DNA of 64,000 nt from Podarcis melisellensis (Eukaryota): assembly GCA_964234715.1 (NCBI GenBank), contig OZ174280.1. One strand, given 5' to 3'. Positions 27,600 through 41,000 of the stretch are shown here, piece after piece. The position numbers and the translations under genes were made by a program. Within the stretch, counting starts at the first letter, position 1; every line of letters begins with the position of its first letter. The notes below the pieces were generated by a model that saw only the letters and a list, made by a program, of their open reading frames with translations, did no database searches and was not told where the DNA came from.

Positions 27600-30230
27600 G
27601 AATAGCCTAAACCTCTCCCCACTGCTGTTACTAGGTAAGATTTCAGCGTCTTTGTGCTTTAGGAGAGGACTTCACACTTTTGTCTCCATTAACTGAAAGT
27701 CAATGCTCAAGTAATTAATGTCTAAGGCATTTTAAGAGTTCTGCATAACTTTTCCTTCCTAACTTTACTAAAAACCTTTTTCCTTCCTAACATTATTAAA
27801 AAAAACCTTTTGTTGCTTGCAGTACAAAAACATTCTAACAACTGCACAGCTGTCTAATGCATTTACAATTGCGAGAGGAGCACCACATTGCTTTAACATA
27901 CGTCAGGTAAGTCACTCAGAAATGCAGGGACTCTCCAAAATTGTGATAGTCTTTAACTATCCATACTTTAAATGTTTGCTAGCATATCATCAGATGTTCT
28001 AGCAATTATCATGGCCACTATGATACATTATTCTTGAGCCAGAAAAAGCAAGTAAGCAACTGAACCTGGTCATCAGATTTAAAGAGAACCAATCAATATT
28101 TTAAAAGTCTAGCTCACACAAGACCAAGGCCAATACAGTTGTACCTCCGCTTACGTATCCCCCCAGTTATGTAAACTTCAGGATACGTAAGCGGCAAACC
28201 CAGAAGTATATTTCCGGCTTTCTGCCCAGCGCGCAGCGCAGAAGTGGTAGACCACTTCTGTGCATGCACAGAAGCGCTCTACCGCCATGTGCGCAGAAGC
28301 GGTCTCTCCGGTTGTGAAAACCTTGGGATCCGGCCGGACCTCCAGAACGGATCCCGTCTGCAACCGGAGGTACCACTGTATATATTGTTAGTACAGTATA
28401 CATAGGAAATTATATTTTTACACAGGCCAAATATATATTACATGAATACAGCAATTCTCAAAAGACACTTCACACTGGGATATTTTTTCACACAATCACA
28501 AGTTATCAAGGTATAAATTTATCAGATTTCAGACTCTGGTATGTATTTGGAATGAAAGGAATGAAAAACCACTCAATATCAATTAGGATGAGCAAAGCTG
28601 AATTTATTCCCATCTGGAACTCAACCAGGTTTTATGTGCAGAAGAGAAGTGAATAAAGGATTCTGGAGAAGAGCAAGGCACAATCCAGAGAAATTCCCCC
28701 TCAGAAGGCCCACTAAAATGGGGGATCTACACAATAACAAAGTAGTTTTACTATTAACTGTGACATATTTAGCTCTGTAAGCAGCTTTATTTCAGCACAG
28801 TTCACTATCTTAAAATACCACCAATTATTCCAATACTCAAGGAAAAAAATCTTGAACATGGTGAAACAGGTATACCTTTGAAAGATTAGAAACACACAGC
28901 GACTGAGTGGAAGCCATTACAGTGTCATTTTGCACATCAAAAAGTCATTTTAAAAGCCCTCACTGACTTCAGGTGTGCAGAAACAAGACCCAGCTTACAC
29001 CAGCTGAGCCCTAAATCAGTGAAAGTTGAGAACAGCATGAATGGCAGGCCCTATAGACATAAATATTACACTTGCACTCTCTCAGTGGACTCTGACAGCT
29101 TTAACATTAGGCTCCATCACACAAAGAACAGTGGTTGTTTATTTCTGACAGCTACATGATTAAAAACCAGTAAACCAGGAAGGCTACAGCAAAGTCTTTT
29201 TTTCTTTTTCTTTTTTAGATGTTGGGCTTCTTAAAAAGAGGTGCATGTTTTTAACACAATGATAAATCACGTTTATGACAAAATCTGTCAAAGGTTCACA
29301 AACATTCATTTCTGTATCACTGTGTGGTAAGAAGGCACAAGGTTTGATCCACAGGGTTCTAACAACACAAATAGAAGGAATACTTTACAGGTTAAAAGCT
29401 CACACTGCAGCATAACGTCATACCTACAAAATTCACTTCTATATACAAAGAACAAAACAAAACCATATAAGATCTGAAGCATCTAGAACCCTTGATTCAT
29501 CAGGAATATTCCAAATGGGTAACGTTGTGTGAATAGTGAAACCCGTATTGCACTAATCCAGCCAGTTTGTTCCAGATGAGGGAATGTGATTTAACTCAGT
29601 GCCCCCTTCCTGCTACAACTTCATCTTGCATTTCCATGTGTCTGGACCAGAGCCCTCCACTGAAATGAATAGGAAGCACCCTCATCTGACAGATTTGCAG
29701 CTGTCCAACCACACATGGATTTTGGGATCAGCATATAGAACTTCCAGACTATACCAAATCTCCATGCATTTTTGGAAATCCCACAGCATTCTTAAAATTA
29801 TTTTCAAAATGAACCCAATACAAACCCAATTTCCAAATGGGCTGAGCTAAATCCGGATTGACTGGATAAAACAACCAGAGGTGCCAAATTGAATAAAAGA
29901 TTGCAGGGGTCCAGCTAAGCCCCGCCCTGCATAATCAACCACATGACACAGTGCATATACACTATTTGAATGGGAATGCCCATAAATATTTTTTGTGGGG
30001 GCCGAAGCCCCCACGGCCCCTAAGGGTTGGTTCCTATGAAAACAACATATTCTTGAAATACAATTAATATGCCAATATTGGGGCATATCTCACTGCTGAT
30101 CACTAGAAGCTTCTGCCCAAGGAATTAACCACTCAGGGTGACTTCAGCCAACATATCTTAAACTAGCCATTGAGAATTTCACCATTATTTTGTTGCTGTG
30201 ATTTAGTGTTCGTCTGTGATAAAGATCTTG
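27600..30230 (-). other. Endogenous bornavirus-like L (EBLL), N-terminal ~540 aa, decayed, MITE-interrupted
   Basis: ILKIILRMLWDF...YSLEVLYADPKIHVWLD vs ILTVIVSAWKL...YSSVRYALTNPRVRAQLE; PESFIHFSSAHKTW vs PVLLLMVSSVQKSW; KYPSV vs KWPPV; PLAIVNALD vs PSRLVNALID; LLECF vs LLEPF; VRKEK vs VPKEK. Confidence 0.75.
28136..28378. mobile_element. Tc1/mariner-superfamily MITE inside EBLL
   Basis: TA|CAGTTGTACCTCC...GGAGGTACCACTG|TA. Confidence 0.8.
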
Positions 30231-30599
30231 TGATTTGAAGGGATATTACGATTCCATACTTTAATGCTAAATTTCCATTTGGTAAATTGTTCTCTACATC
30301 CACCCTCTGTTGCACTTATATGAAAACTGCATCGAAAGTGGCTAACTTGTTCATCACTGCACACCACACGCGTTTAGAAATTTTAAGATACTTAAATCCA
30401 CAAAGCATTTGGGATTCCTTTTACATTCCTTACAATTTCTGAGCTCACAGAGCACATTGTCAACACTTTTTCAATATAAGGAATTGCTGCTTTATGCTGA
30501 TTACATTTTTATATTGTTTGCAGAAAATACCATGCCTGGCAGGAATTTTCGCATGCTGCAACACTACTTATTTATTTTGGAAAGAAAAGATTTCTTCTC

Positions 30600-31380
30600 T
30601 AAATTCCAGCTCGCTCTTCATTGAACCAGTTTTTTTTCTGCACTTGAGTAGACAGCTCTTTTTAAGATGCAAAATGAAGCTGGTGGAATTGTGCCATCTC
30701 ATGCCACCAACACACCACTTTGTGGATGACAAAAGATAAGGAACAAGCACAGAAAAATGTTATTTAAAGCACTGCTGGGGAACTTAGACATTTGCATTTG
30801 ATAGAAGGGATTTAAATTGTATTAGAAGGCAAGGTGCACTAAACAATTACTGTTTATTACTATGTTGGTTCATTGCCTGAAATGTTACTTATCACACCCT
30901 GCAAGTCAAAGAGGAGACAGAGTCTGTTTGCCAGCTAACAGAAGGTTAGCCAACCACAGAAAGTGATTTGGGGATTATACGTGGGTAAGGATGAGGAATT
31001 TCTACCTGCTTTCATATCTCAAATAATCACTAACATTCAACAGACTATATTATTCTACAACTTTTAGAATTATATAATTAACATGCCCAGGACTTGTAGG
31101 CAGAGACAGGTGAAGCAGAAAAGTGAGGCATTTAGGATAAAAAGGGATATTTGTGGGGCCAAATATTATGGGCAGAAACAGGTGCAACTTCACCCCAAAA
31201 TTGTGAAACAGTCCAAGTGTTCCATCAGCTCCTGCGGTGATAAAAATACAAGGGGAAAGATCTATTCCTGGATGTTTGGTGACGCTCCTCTTTTGTCTTG
31301 ACATCTATCACTAGGAACTCAACCTATTGCGCAAAGTGATTCTTATGGAACTACTGGAAAAAGAGTGACCAGAGAGCGAG
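30600..31380 (-). other. EBLG, C-terminal half with furin-like site, directly upstream of the L element
   Basis: SFSSSSIRITLRNRLSS...RQKR vs SYQSSSINVTCANYTSS...RRRR; TYNPQITFCG vs TYYPPVDYNG; LVPYLLSS vs LLPYTRSS. Confidence 0.7.
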
Positions 31381-31571
31381 TACCATTGAATTAAGTGGGA
31401 CTTAGCTCTGAAATAGACCACACATGGGTTTGCGCTATTGATGTAAATGACCACTCAAAGGCTGCAATTCTAAATACACTTACTAGAGAGTAAGCCCCAT
31501 TCAACACATTAGAGCTTACTTCTGAGTAAATATCTCTAGGAATAGGATTGTGCTGTAGCAATATTCTATAA

Positions 31572-31707
31572 CAGGCATAGGCAAACTCGGCCCTCCAGAT
31601 GTTTTGGGACTACAATTCCCATCATCCCTGATCACCAGGCCTGTTAGCTAGGGATCATGGGCGTTGTAGTCCCAAAACATCTGGAGGGCCGAGTTTGCCC
31701 ATGCCTG
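31572..31707. mobile_element. Palindromic hAT-type MITE
   Basis: Same family as 46730; imperfect 8-bp TSD. Confidence 0.85.
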
Positions 31708-31719
31708 TGCTATAATAAT

Positions 31720-32540
31720 GTCCTACACCTTTGTTTTTAAGTCATTCTGCTTAAATTCTGAATTGCTTTGCTGGTGTGGAGGAGGAGTTGTGTAAAAGCC
31801 AAGGAGGAAGGAGAAGGTATTAACAGCGCTACCTCTCCAATGCTTCAATTGCATAGGTGAAAAGCCACAGCTTTGCCTTGCTACAGGGAAATCAACACCC
31901 TGTGATACTAATAACTCACTCTCATCTCAGCTCTAGCTATACCTCATACTAAGGGAAGACCACCATGCTCAACAGGCCTGAAAGCAAAAGGCAAAGAATT
32001 AAAGGGTCATACAGAGAGGGCAAGCCACCAAACAAGGTACAATGGTACCTCGGGTTAAGTACTTAATTCGTTCCGGAGGTCCGTTCTTAACCTGAAACTG
32101 TTCTTAACCTGAAGCACCACTTTAGCTAATGGGGCCTCCTGCTGCCGCCGCGCCGCTGGAGCCCGATTTCTGTTCTTATCCTGAAGCACTATTTCTGGGT
32201 TAGTGGTGTGTGTAACCTGAAGTGTATGTAACCTGAAGCGTATGTAACCTGAGGTACCACTGTACTCACGATTCCTTCCCACCTCTTGGCATTAATTTGT
32301 CTAATTTGACACTCAGGGCTTTTCTGTTCACATAATAATTTTAATAATAATTTCATCATTTATTCCCCACCCATCTGGCTGGGTTTCCCCAGCCACTCTG
32401 GGTGGCTCATATGCACCCCAACATATGCATCCCAACCCGATATTCCAAAAGTACACTACATGACCTGTACGGATCATAAATAATTGTTGGCTATAATGTT
32501 TTGCTGGGTTTCATCCACCTTTCTGTAAATTCATCCATAT
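31720..32540 (-). other. EBLN, N-terminal part, split by a MITE
   Basis: LEYRVG vs LQYTVG; LILCLLLSGL vs LVFLCLLIPGL; HGGLP vs HGGVP; FSFLLG vs CSLLIG. Confidence 0.68.
32040..32262. mobile_element. Tc1/mariner-superfamily MITE inside EBLN
   Basis: TA|CAATGGTACCTCGGGTT...GAGGTACCACTG|TA. Confidence 0.85.
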
Positions 32541-32859
32541 GCTGGAATTACAACTTTTCTGTGTCCACAACACAGTTGGTCCATCTGCAGGAACAATTCA
32601 AAGTGATGGTACTTACGTAAATGACTTCAGACCTGGATAACTGAAGGACCACCTTCTAACACAGGATCCTGCTTCAATACTGCATTTGTTATTTTAGGTA
32701 CCTCTCTGGATCCCACCACCACCCAGCATGAGATGAGTGATGACCAGAGAGGGCCCTTCTGAGTTGTGGCATTCGGCTTATGGAATGCCATCTCCAGGAA
32801 GGCTTGCCTGGCACCACGTATTCTTATGTTGAGCTCTATAAAAGATTTGGAAAATAAAA

Positions 32860-33108
32860 GCGTATTTTTCGCTCTATAAGACGCACCAGACCACAAGACG
32901 CACCTAGTTTTTGGAGGAGGAAAACAAGGAAAAAAATATTCTGAATCCCAGCAGCCAGAACAGCAAGAGGGATCGCTGTGCAGCGAAAGCATCTGGCTTT
33001 TGGCTTCTGGGATAGCTGCGCAGCCTGCATTCGCTCCATAAGATGCACACACATTTCCCCTTACTTTTTAGGAGGGGAAAAGTGAGTCTTATAGAGCAAA
33101 AAATACGG
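32860..33108. mobile_element. MITE with CGTATTTTT-GCTCTATAAGAC inverted ends
   Basis: ~22-bp TIRs visible at both ends. Confidence 0.75.
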
Positions 33109-33264
33109 TAATAATAGTGCCCTGTGATTTCCACTACATGCATCCTGTCAGTTTTGCTGAGGGGTGGTATAAAAATACTTCTAACGGGTTGGACTCCGCT
33201 GGCTGGCCAATGGTCAAGAATGATGAGAGTTCCAATCCAACAACACTTTCAGGCCTGTAAGTTA

Positions 33265-33950
33265 CCTGCCCATGCTTTAAATAAATAAATCGACATCTGA
33301 CAAAATGTAGATGTCTGTACAGAGCTGGCAGAGATAGGAGACTTTCTGAAAGACACAATATAAAATGGAGATAGGCAGGCGGTAATCTTGTGCATTGTGT
33401 ACCTCTCACACTGTTTTCAGATACATCTGAAACCACCTTTGGGCATCTATTATTTCTATGCTCTAATGACATAAGTATTCCAAAAGGAGTATGTTTACTT
33501 CTTTCCTTTCTGAAAAGAAGCAGAAGCCAAACACCCCTGCCTCTATAAATTTCTGAATGCCTAAAGAGCAAGCAGCCTGCCCTTATTTGTTAGCATGGGA
33601 TATACTCAGTGGAAGGCTGGAAAGGTTTCTTCTCAGGGGATGTTTCAAAACTGCTGGTGAACATTTGGTGGCCTTTAGAAGAGAGATGCCCGCTCTGCCA
33701 ATGCCGCTCTGCCAATACATCCCTTGAGCCTGTAAGAACAGACTCCAAATTTGATCAGTTTGAGGTGCAGAACATTCATAATGTTTGCATTTGGGTGGGT
33801 GTACTAGCTGATGTGCTGGAAGCCTTGCTCTTTTTCATATCCAACAATGCACTGATATATCTCTGATGCAGTCTGAAAGGACACTGGGTCCTGTTTGATT
33901 AAGGGGTGATTGGGAGCAAATATAAGGGAAGTGATATACTGCTAACCTAA
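33265..33950 (-). other. Endogenous bornavirus-like M followed by G N-terminus (M-G order)
   Basis: M: FPYICSQSPLNQTGPSVLSD vs IPFLSVKEPLQLPREKKLTD; FGVCSYRL vs FNVFSYRL. G: TPFGILMSLEHRNNRC vs TPGLIDLEIRRLC; SLPA vs SLPA. Confidence 0.72.
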
Positions 33951-34279
33951 TTAAGCTAAAAGAGGATTACAAATAGAAGATTAATGATTAAAAAACAGCA
34001 GAGGAAGATGTAGTCCATCAGTGTGCAGAAGACTGCCACAGTTGGCTTACTTCACCCATGCCTGACCACAACAATAACAATTTCGCAGACAAAAACACAC
34101 ACAAAAACCACATGATTTTTACAACAAAATATGGAAGGTCTATTGTTCACATGACAATATTTCAGGTCTTATAAAACAATTCTGAATACTGTATTAGGCT
34201 TCTTATGTTCACTCTCCCTCATCCCCAACTCTCATAAGTCCTGTATGTGGTGGTGGTGATTCCAAGTAGGCATTATCAT

Positions 34280-34620
34280 TATTATTGGCTGTTTGTATTG
34301 ATAATGAATGCAATCTCTGTTCCCGATAGCAACTTCCTCACTATTCACAACAGTGAACTTACACAATCATCCAGTACACAAAGGTCCATGGCTTCCCCAC
34401 CACTTGCCCAGATACCCTTGCAAGATCCACAGATTTTCAGTGACATGCTGAATGATATAACACCCCTGAAAAAGAGCCCAACAGATACTCTTCAGTAGCA
34501 AAGTATTGGAAACACATTGCAACCATAGAACAACTGTTTCCACATGTGCCTCTATCAGTGCTCTAGGCAAGACACATACCTACATGGACAGCAATGTAGT
34601 GGAGATGTGTGCAATTTATC
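34280..34620 (-). other. Possible EBLG N-terminal fragment
   Basis: CFQYFATEEYLLGSFS vs CLKYHCKTYWGFFGSYS; VNSEEVAIG vs VSQQELESG. Confidence 0.45.
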
Positions 34621-34726
34621 CTAATTCAATTGGAAGCCAGATGCTTTAGAAATGGGGAGCCAAAACTACTAACATGCCTATAAATCCCATAAACAAACAA
34701 CGTACCCTACTTAAAACCCTCCAGAT

Positions 34727-34736
34727 TTTATTTATT
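34727..34736 (-). terminator. Candidate SPATA6 polyadenylation signal (overlapping AATAAA pair)
   Basis: TTTATTTATT on + strand ~160 nt past the stop; another AATAAA pair overlaps the stop codon itself. Confidence 0.4.
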
Positions 34737-34780
34737 TTCCTGTTGAGAGTCCCAGCCTCAGAATTTCACAAACTCATATA

Positions 34781-34785
<5 letters not shown>

Positions 34786-34812
<27 letters not shown>
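34786..34812. repeat. (GA)n microsatellite
   Basis: Direct reading. Confidence 0.95.
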
Positions 34813-34816
<4 letters not shown>

Positions 34817-34895
34817 TTTGTTAGACACACAACATTTTCATTAAAAATATTGCTCTTTTATACTGTTCATTTTCACCTGCATCACTATCAGGAAT

Positions 34896-35067
34896 TTATT
34901 TATTCTTTGATTTTGATCCAGAAGCTTTTCGGTACATATTTCGATAGATTTTCTGCAGACTGTCTTCAAAGATTGCTCTGTGGGGTTTGCTTTTATATTC
35001 TGCAGCTTGACTAGTCCAATAGTCGTCATCATCCAGTTGAACCATGATGCTCTGCCGTATAGATGAA
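34896..35067 (-). CDS. SPATA6: SPATA6 exon 13 coding part to TAA
   Basis: tgctag acceptor; VQLDDDDYWTSQAAEYKSKPHRAIFEDSLQKIYRNMY. Confidence 0.92.
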
Positions 35068-38000
35068 CTAGCAATACCAAAAAAAAAAAAAAACCCCAAA
35101 CACACATTTATTAAAATGTGATCTTTTGAAAAAGGAAAAGAGTGAATGACATTTATTATTTGATTACTCTTTAAGTAGCATAGGCACTTGAGTGAAGCCT
35201 ACAAGTTTTGTTTACACAGATGTTTCCAAAATAGACAGTATTAAAGAAAACCTGTTCTTACTACACTTTCTGGGTATACTCTACAGATGTCTCACCTCAG
35301 AAATATACTGGATACTTCTATAGTTTCATAAATATGGAAAGTGACTGTTCAGTGTCATTTCTTTCTATGTGCAGATATGTTTGTATTCACTTGATTAGTT
35401 TCTGATACAGTCACTTTGTCAATCACCTCAATATCTATGAGCCCAAGATTATTTTTATAGGTTTTGATTCACCCAGTCTCCAACATGCACCTAATGGCTT
35501 CTGAGCTTTCTCTTCATGGTGAAATACTGCACCACTGATTTAAGTTACTATTTGGACAGGGCCGATTATATTGGTCTTCCACAACAAGCACTCTGATAGA
35601 CCCTAGCCACATGCCTGCTATAGTCACCTACCCTAATAGTATGGAATGCTACCTTGTGAATAGTGGCTCCCAAGTCACAGTTTTCTACACTTTTCTCATA
35701 AAAAGAGATACTGGTCATTTCAACTAGTAGATGAGCCAGCATCTCCTGGATGGCTTTCACTGGTCAAGATAAATATCATACCTGCTTGAGAGTTGATTGT
35801 GCCCTAAGCACCTTGTCAGCATTTGAGTGCAAGACCCACTGCTTGATTCAAATACCAAGTTTTCCATAATTCTGTCCTGACCTCTAATCTAAGAAGCAGC
35901 TTGGAACTTAAGTCAGGCTGAATGCAGATAATTTTTAAATGTAGGTGATAACTTGCATCACAGCAGGCAGCATATGATTTATCCTTTAGATGAGAGACAA
36001 CTGGATTGACCAGCAGATTAGTTTCATTTTGCCCTGAGGGGAGCAGAGAAGAAGCCGATACAACTGCTTCTAAACTGTTGTATTGTCTATTTTATTGTAA
36101 CCTTTTAATAATTGCTTATTGTGCCAATAATCTTATGTGAGGTCCACCTATTTAAGGCATATTAATATCATAAATAAAACACACACACACATATATATGC
36201 ATATTTCGTGGATGCTAAAGTGGATGAGAAAAAGGAACTGTTTATCAGTGCTATATAGCCATGTAATGGTCCTTTTAAAGAAGACCATGATAAAACTCCT
36301 GGCTTTAGCTTTATATTTGAAGCCCAGCTGACCATGTACTACTTATTTGTAAGGTAAAATGCAGTGAATGAAGCAGAGCAGGAGCACAGTATGAGGAATA
36401 GCACCCATAACTCTGGTTCCATAAAATCCAGACTTTTTCACCTAGAACCACAGTCATCATGACAGTCTGAGATATGCTCATGAAAAGCGGCAGCACTTCC
36501 TGTGATTTCCACGTCAACATACTGACAATGTCACACTTTTTGAGTGTGCTCACTTTTGGTGCATGGCCATTAGTCATCCCATCCTCATAAGAAATTCAAC
36601 AGTGGAACGGACATAGCTACATCCATGTTAGAAAAACGTCAGTCTGCTGCCTTAACTGGAAACTATCCTGACAAGCTGAGCTGAAGTGAACTGGGGATTA
36701 CATGCACAAATCATATTAAGAGCAGGGTAGCTGCACTCAGCTCCACTTTCGGAAATACCTGTCATATACCTGTCACATGCTTTTGTTCCATCTCCTTTAG
36801 AGTCCCACAAGTTCCTTTCAAAGTCACTTGCACTTTAAATATTTCAGCATCACGGACCTTCTGTGCAGTCCCAATGGTTTTCAATCATTTACTTTAGTGT
36901 GAACATTTGGTCAGCAAAACTACATTCTCCTCTGAACTCTGCCTTGGTACGGTTATTTATGAGGACGCTGGCAGACTTCAAGCTGTCAGAATGTCCTTGA
37001 GTCCCTTTCTTTATCCCCAACTCTCACGACTGCTCTACAGAATGTGATGAACCCATCAATGCCCAGACCCTACTTGCATATGACATTTCAAAGTCCATCG
37101 TTTTCGCTAATGCTGTGGCAGTAGTTGTTGCAGATTCTTTATTCATGCCTGTAGGTCCCAAAATGATCCCCGTGTCCCAAACTATCACCAGACATAAGCG
37201 CATAGCTTTGCTTGCACCAGCTGACAAGACGAGGCTTAGAGTATGAGAGGCAGGGGAGGTGTTGACAGGATAGTAAGAGAAGCAGCCCTGGCTTCTCATA
37301 TTATTATGGCAACATGAAAAGGAAGAGAATAGCGGCAGATTAAATCAACAGACTTAAGAGTGCCTAAGGTTATGATGGGCTGTGCTTCAAGTGTAAACCA
37401 ATTCTGTGCATGGATTGGTTTAGAAAGTTATACAAGTCTAGTTCACTTGTATAATTTATTCCAACTGCAACAGGTATAGATAAGGAGTATTTTGGTAACA
37501 ATTGCAGTGACAGCAGTGAATGGTAAAGCTAAGTGTGGACTAGAACAAGGGGGTATAATAGGAATAGGAGCTTTACCTGCTCTGAAGATCACTGTGGCTT
37601 AAACGGTCTCTGTCTGAAATGTCTTTCTTCTTATTGGAATCTTCTGTCTTACTAGAGTCTCTTGACTTAGCAGAATCATCTTTTGACAAACAACTCTCAT
37701 CCTAAGGAATCAATACAAAGATGGTAATCTCATGTGACTGAAAAATGTAGTCCTTTAAAAAAAGAAACACAATTATATGTATTTTTATTTCATTAAAAAA
37801 TTAAATCTTGATCAAAACGAACACTTAACAGCCATCAGAGACATGAAAACAGTGGCAATGCAGCGTAAGGTAAGCAAACTACTGGCTCTTCCATTGACAT
37901 GTGAGGAAGGGATGGGAACGAGAAAAAAGAAAGGTAAGGAAGAAAAGGGAGCATCTGGAAATGGGTTGCCAGAGGTCACCGTGAGATCCTGTTGAGGACC

Positions 38001-41000
38001 CAAAGATACAATGGGTTTCACAAAGCAATTTGTACTTAAAGACATAATGTCATGAATAGTTCCATGACAGATACAATGTTCAATGGCAAAAATTGTTCAT
38101 ATATGTTATAAAAGTTCTCCCCAAGTACTAACAAAAGGAAACATTTTTTTAAAAAAGCGGGGGTGGGTAGGTATTTTCTCCATAACACTTTAGGGGAAAA
38201 CGTACAAAAGTTAGCCTTTGCCTTGCACTGTGAGTCCTTAAAATATTTCTCACTCGTTTATGGATCTCTTCTCCATTTACTGTTGCACTCCAGCCAGAAC
38301 GAAACCTATAATCAAAAGAGAAAAAGGGAAGATTTTAAGTTATGGGCACTGTTTGATCTTTAGAAATGGATACAAGGTCAAATGGTTCTTTCTTACGATG
38401 GCCTCATTTTATCAAGTGTAAAACTTACTCTTAATTCCAGTAACGTATAGTATATATTCTGCAATATATGATACATTAGAGGAATATATTAAGCAAATAT
38501 TGATTTCTGCATATTCATTATCTAAATTTCTAAAATATTCACAAAAGAAAATATATATAAGTATTGATGTTTACTACATGATGGGGCAAAGAGATGTACA
38601 GCACAATGCTAAACATGATGTTTACTACATGATTTCAACATGACTTTGAAGCCAAGTGTGCTTCATTTTCCAATTATCTGATGCATTGTATTTGTCACAA
38701 ACTGAAGCTTCCTGTAATTGTCACAATATTAGCCCTGAGAGGGACAAAGTGAGGACTAATATCGCCCCTTAAAACAAAAAAACCCCTGTAAATCCCTATG
38801 GACATTTCTTTAGTGAAATGACAAAATAATCCACTAGTGTGCGCTGTGGCATAAGAAATGTTCACACACCTCAATTTTCTACATTCAAAAATTTAGGTAT
38901 TAATAAAAACAGTATCAGCTCCTTTTTAATTGTCTAATTTTAGACATAACTATAAAACCTAATCCACACTTTAAGCCATTACATTAATATTTACACCACC
39001 CAAAGTCACCATACAACAAAGCTAAAGCTAAAATTTAACACCCATAATCTAAATTGAAACCATTTTATGATGTGCAACTCCTACTGGAGTTATTCTCTGA
39101 AGCTCATTTTCAAAAAGCAATTTCTTAAAACTATAAATAAACAGAATTTCTAAAGCATAAAGACTCAAATAATGCTTGTGCAAAACCACCAACTTCTTAC
39201 ATATGGGATTAAGGTGTTGGTAGTTTCTTGCAGTGCTGCCAGAATGGTCGTATTATTTTACTCTGACAAAACCAAATAAACTTCTACAACTGTATTCTTT
39301 GTCATACTTCCAATTTTCCTCGGGACTAGCAAACATTCTGCAGTTACATCAGTTTAAATTGTTTATCGATTCCAATAGATTGTATAAACACTTTGGATAT
39401 ATAGCTCGGTGACCTAGAGTAAGCCAGATCAATATAGAACTACTCATAATTCATTTCAAAGATGCTATGTCGAGAGCAATCAACAGAACAAACTATTTTC
39501 TGTTGTAATGTAGCTAAAAGCATTTTCCCTCTTTTATAAGGACTTTTAAAAAATGCTAAGCAGAGTTGTATTTTTCAGCAAAAAGAATCAAAGAACAAAT
39601 CCAGAAATCTTATCAATGTGGCCAATCTAAATTTTACATATTCATAAGGATAAAGTAGACAATGTAAGTGAAATCCTATTCATGTCTACTCTGAAGTAAA
39701 TTCAAAATGAGTCTTACTTGCAGGTAAGTGCCTATATGACCACAGCCTCAGATGTACAAAAAATAAGATTTGTCCACCTGGACTATTTAAATAGAAGCTT
39801 ACCACTCTATAGTTTGCAATGGGTATGTATTTTCAGAGACAGCATTTCTAGCAATAAATGCTCAAATCCTCTATTAGCAAGGAATACTAATGTATCTCAT
39901 ATCAACAAAGTTATTATGGGAACATTCTGCAAAATCATTTGTGGCTCTTAATGTAGTGCTTTCCCCCTGCCATAGTGTATCACAACAAGAAGTGCAATTG
40001 CACTTCTGTGGCTTCCATGAAGAATTTATCAGTTTCAAAAGGCAGAGGATTTGTGCTGAGAGGAGAAGGAGGAAAAAACATACAAGGACAAACTATCACA
40101 GGGTAAAAATCAATAAAGTACTATAGTAGCAGATGCATATCTACTGAGCAAGCAACTATTGTAGAAAGGGTGGGGGAGAGAAGGGGAGAAATTGCTCCAT
40201 GGATAACTACAACTGCAAAAGTGAATCTCTGAGAGCTTACCAATGCAATTATGCTCATTAACAAAACCAGATTTAATTTAAACGTAATATGGCCTAGCAA
40301 GAGTCATTCAGTACACAATGAGTACTTTTAGATGCCAAGAAATTAGCCCTGGAATAATCCAACAGAAGACAAACCATATGAAATCAGAAACAATGCAACA
40401 AGAATTAATTAGATCAAACAGAGATTAGATAAAATGAGGTTGCTCATGATTCCCCCTCCCAGTGAATTTAGGCCTGATTTACACATTAGGCTGGGCTTAA
40501 GGAGGAAACACAGGAAATGAAGACTCCCTATGTCTGCTCTCCCATCCTTCACTTTGTCCCATAATCCTAGAAAGGAAAAAGATTCAGATACCGTTTCAGG
40601 TTCACCCTGGTCATTCTTGCCAGAAAAAGGGATGTCTGTTTGTAATTTTCTTTCTGGAGGTAAATGCAGTTGGGTGTGTGGGGGAAAGAGTGCTGCTAAA
40701 AAGAAAAGCTTTTTTGCAGCTTTCTATCTCCCTATCAAAAGCACACTACAGCTTTCCAAGTTAAGTACAAAATGTTTACCAGCCTGAACACCTGTATTTA
40801 AAAGAGTTGCTCATGGCTCAGATACTGGGCCTCCCCACCAAACTATTCATCCAGAAGGCACTGCCACACCACACCCAGTGAGGAGGAAGGTAGCCAATGC
40901 CTTCCCTTGCCCACAGAATAATGGACACTGTGATGGAAAAAATGTTCCCAAGTGCTTGTGGATACCCTGCACTACCATACCAGCTCTTGGAAAGTTGTAT

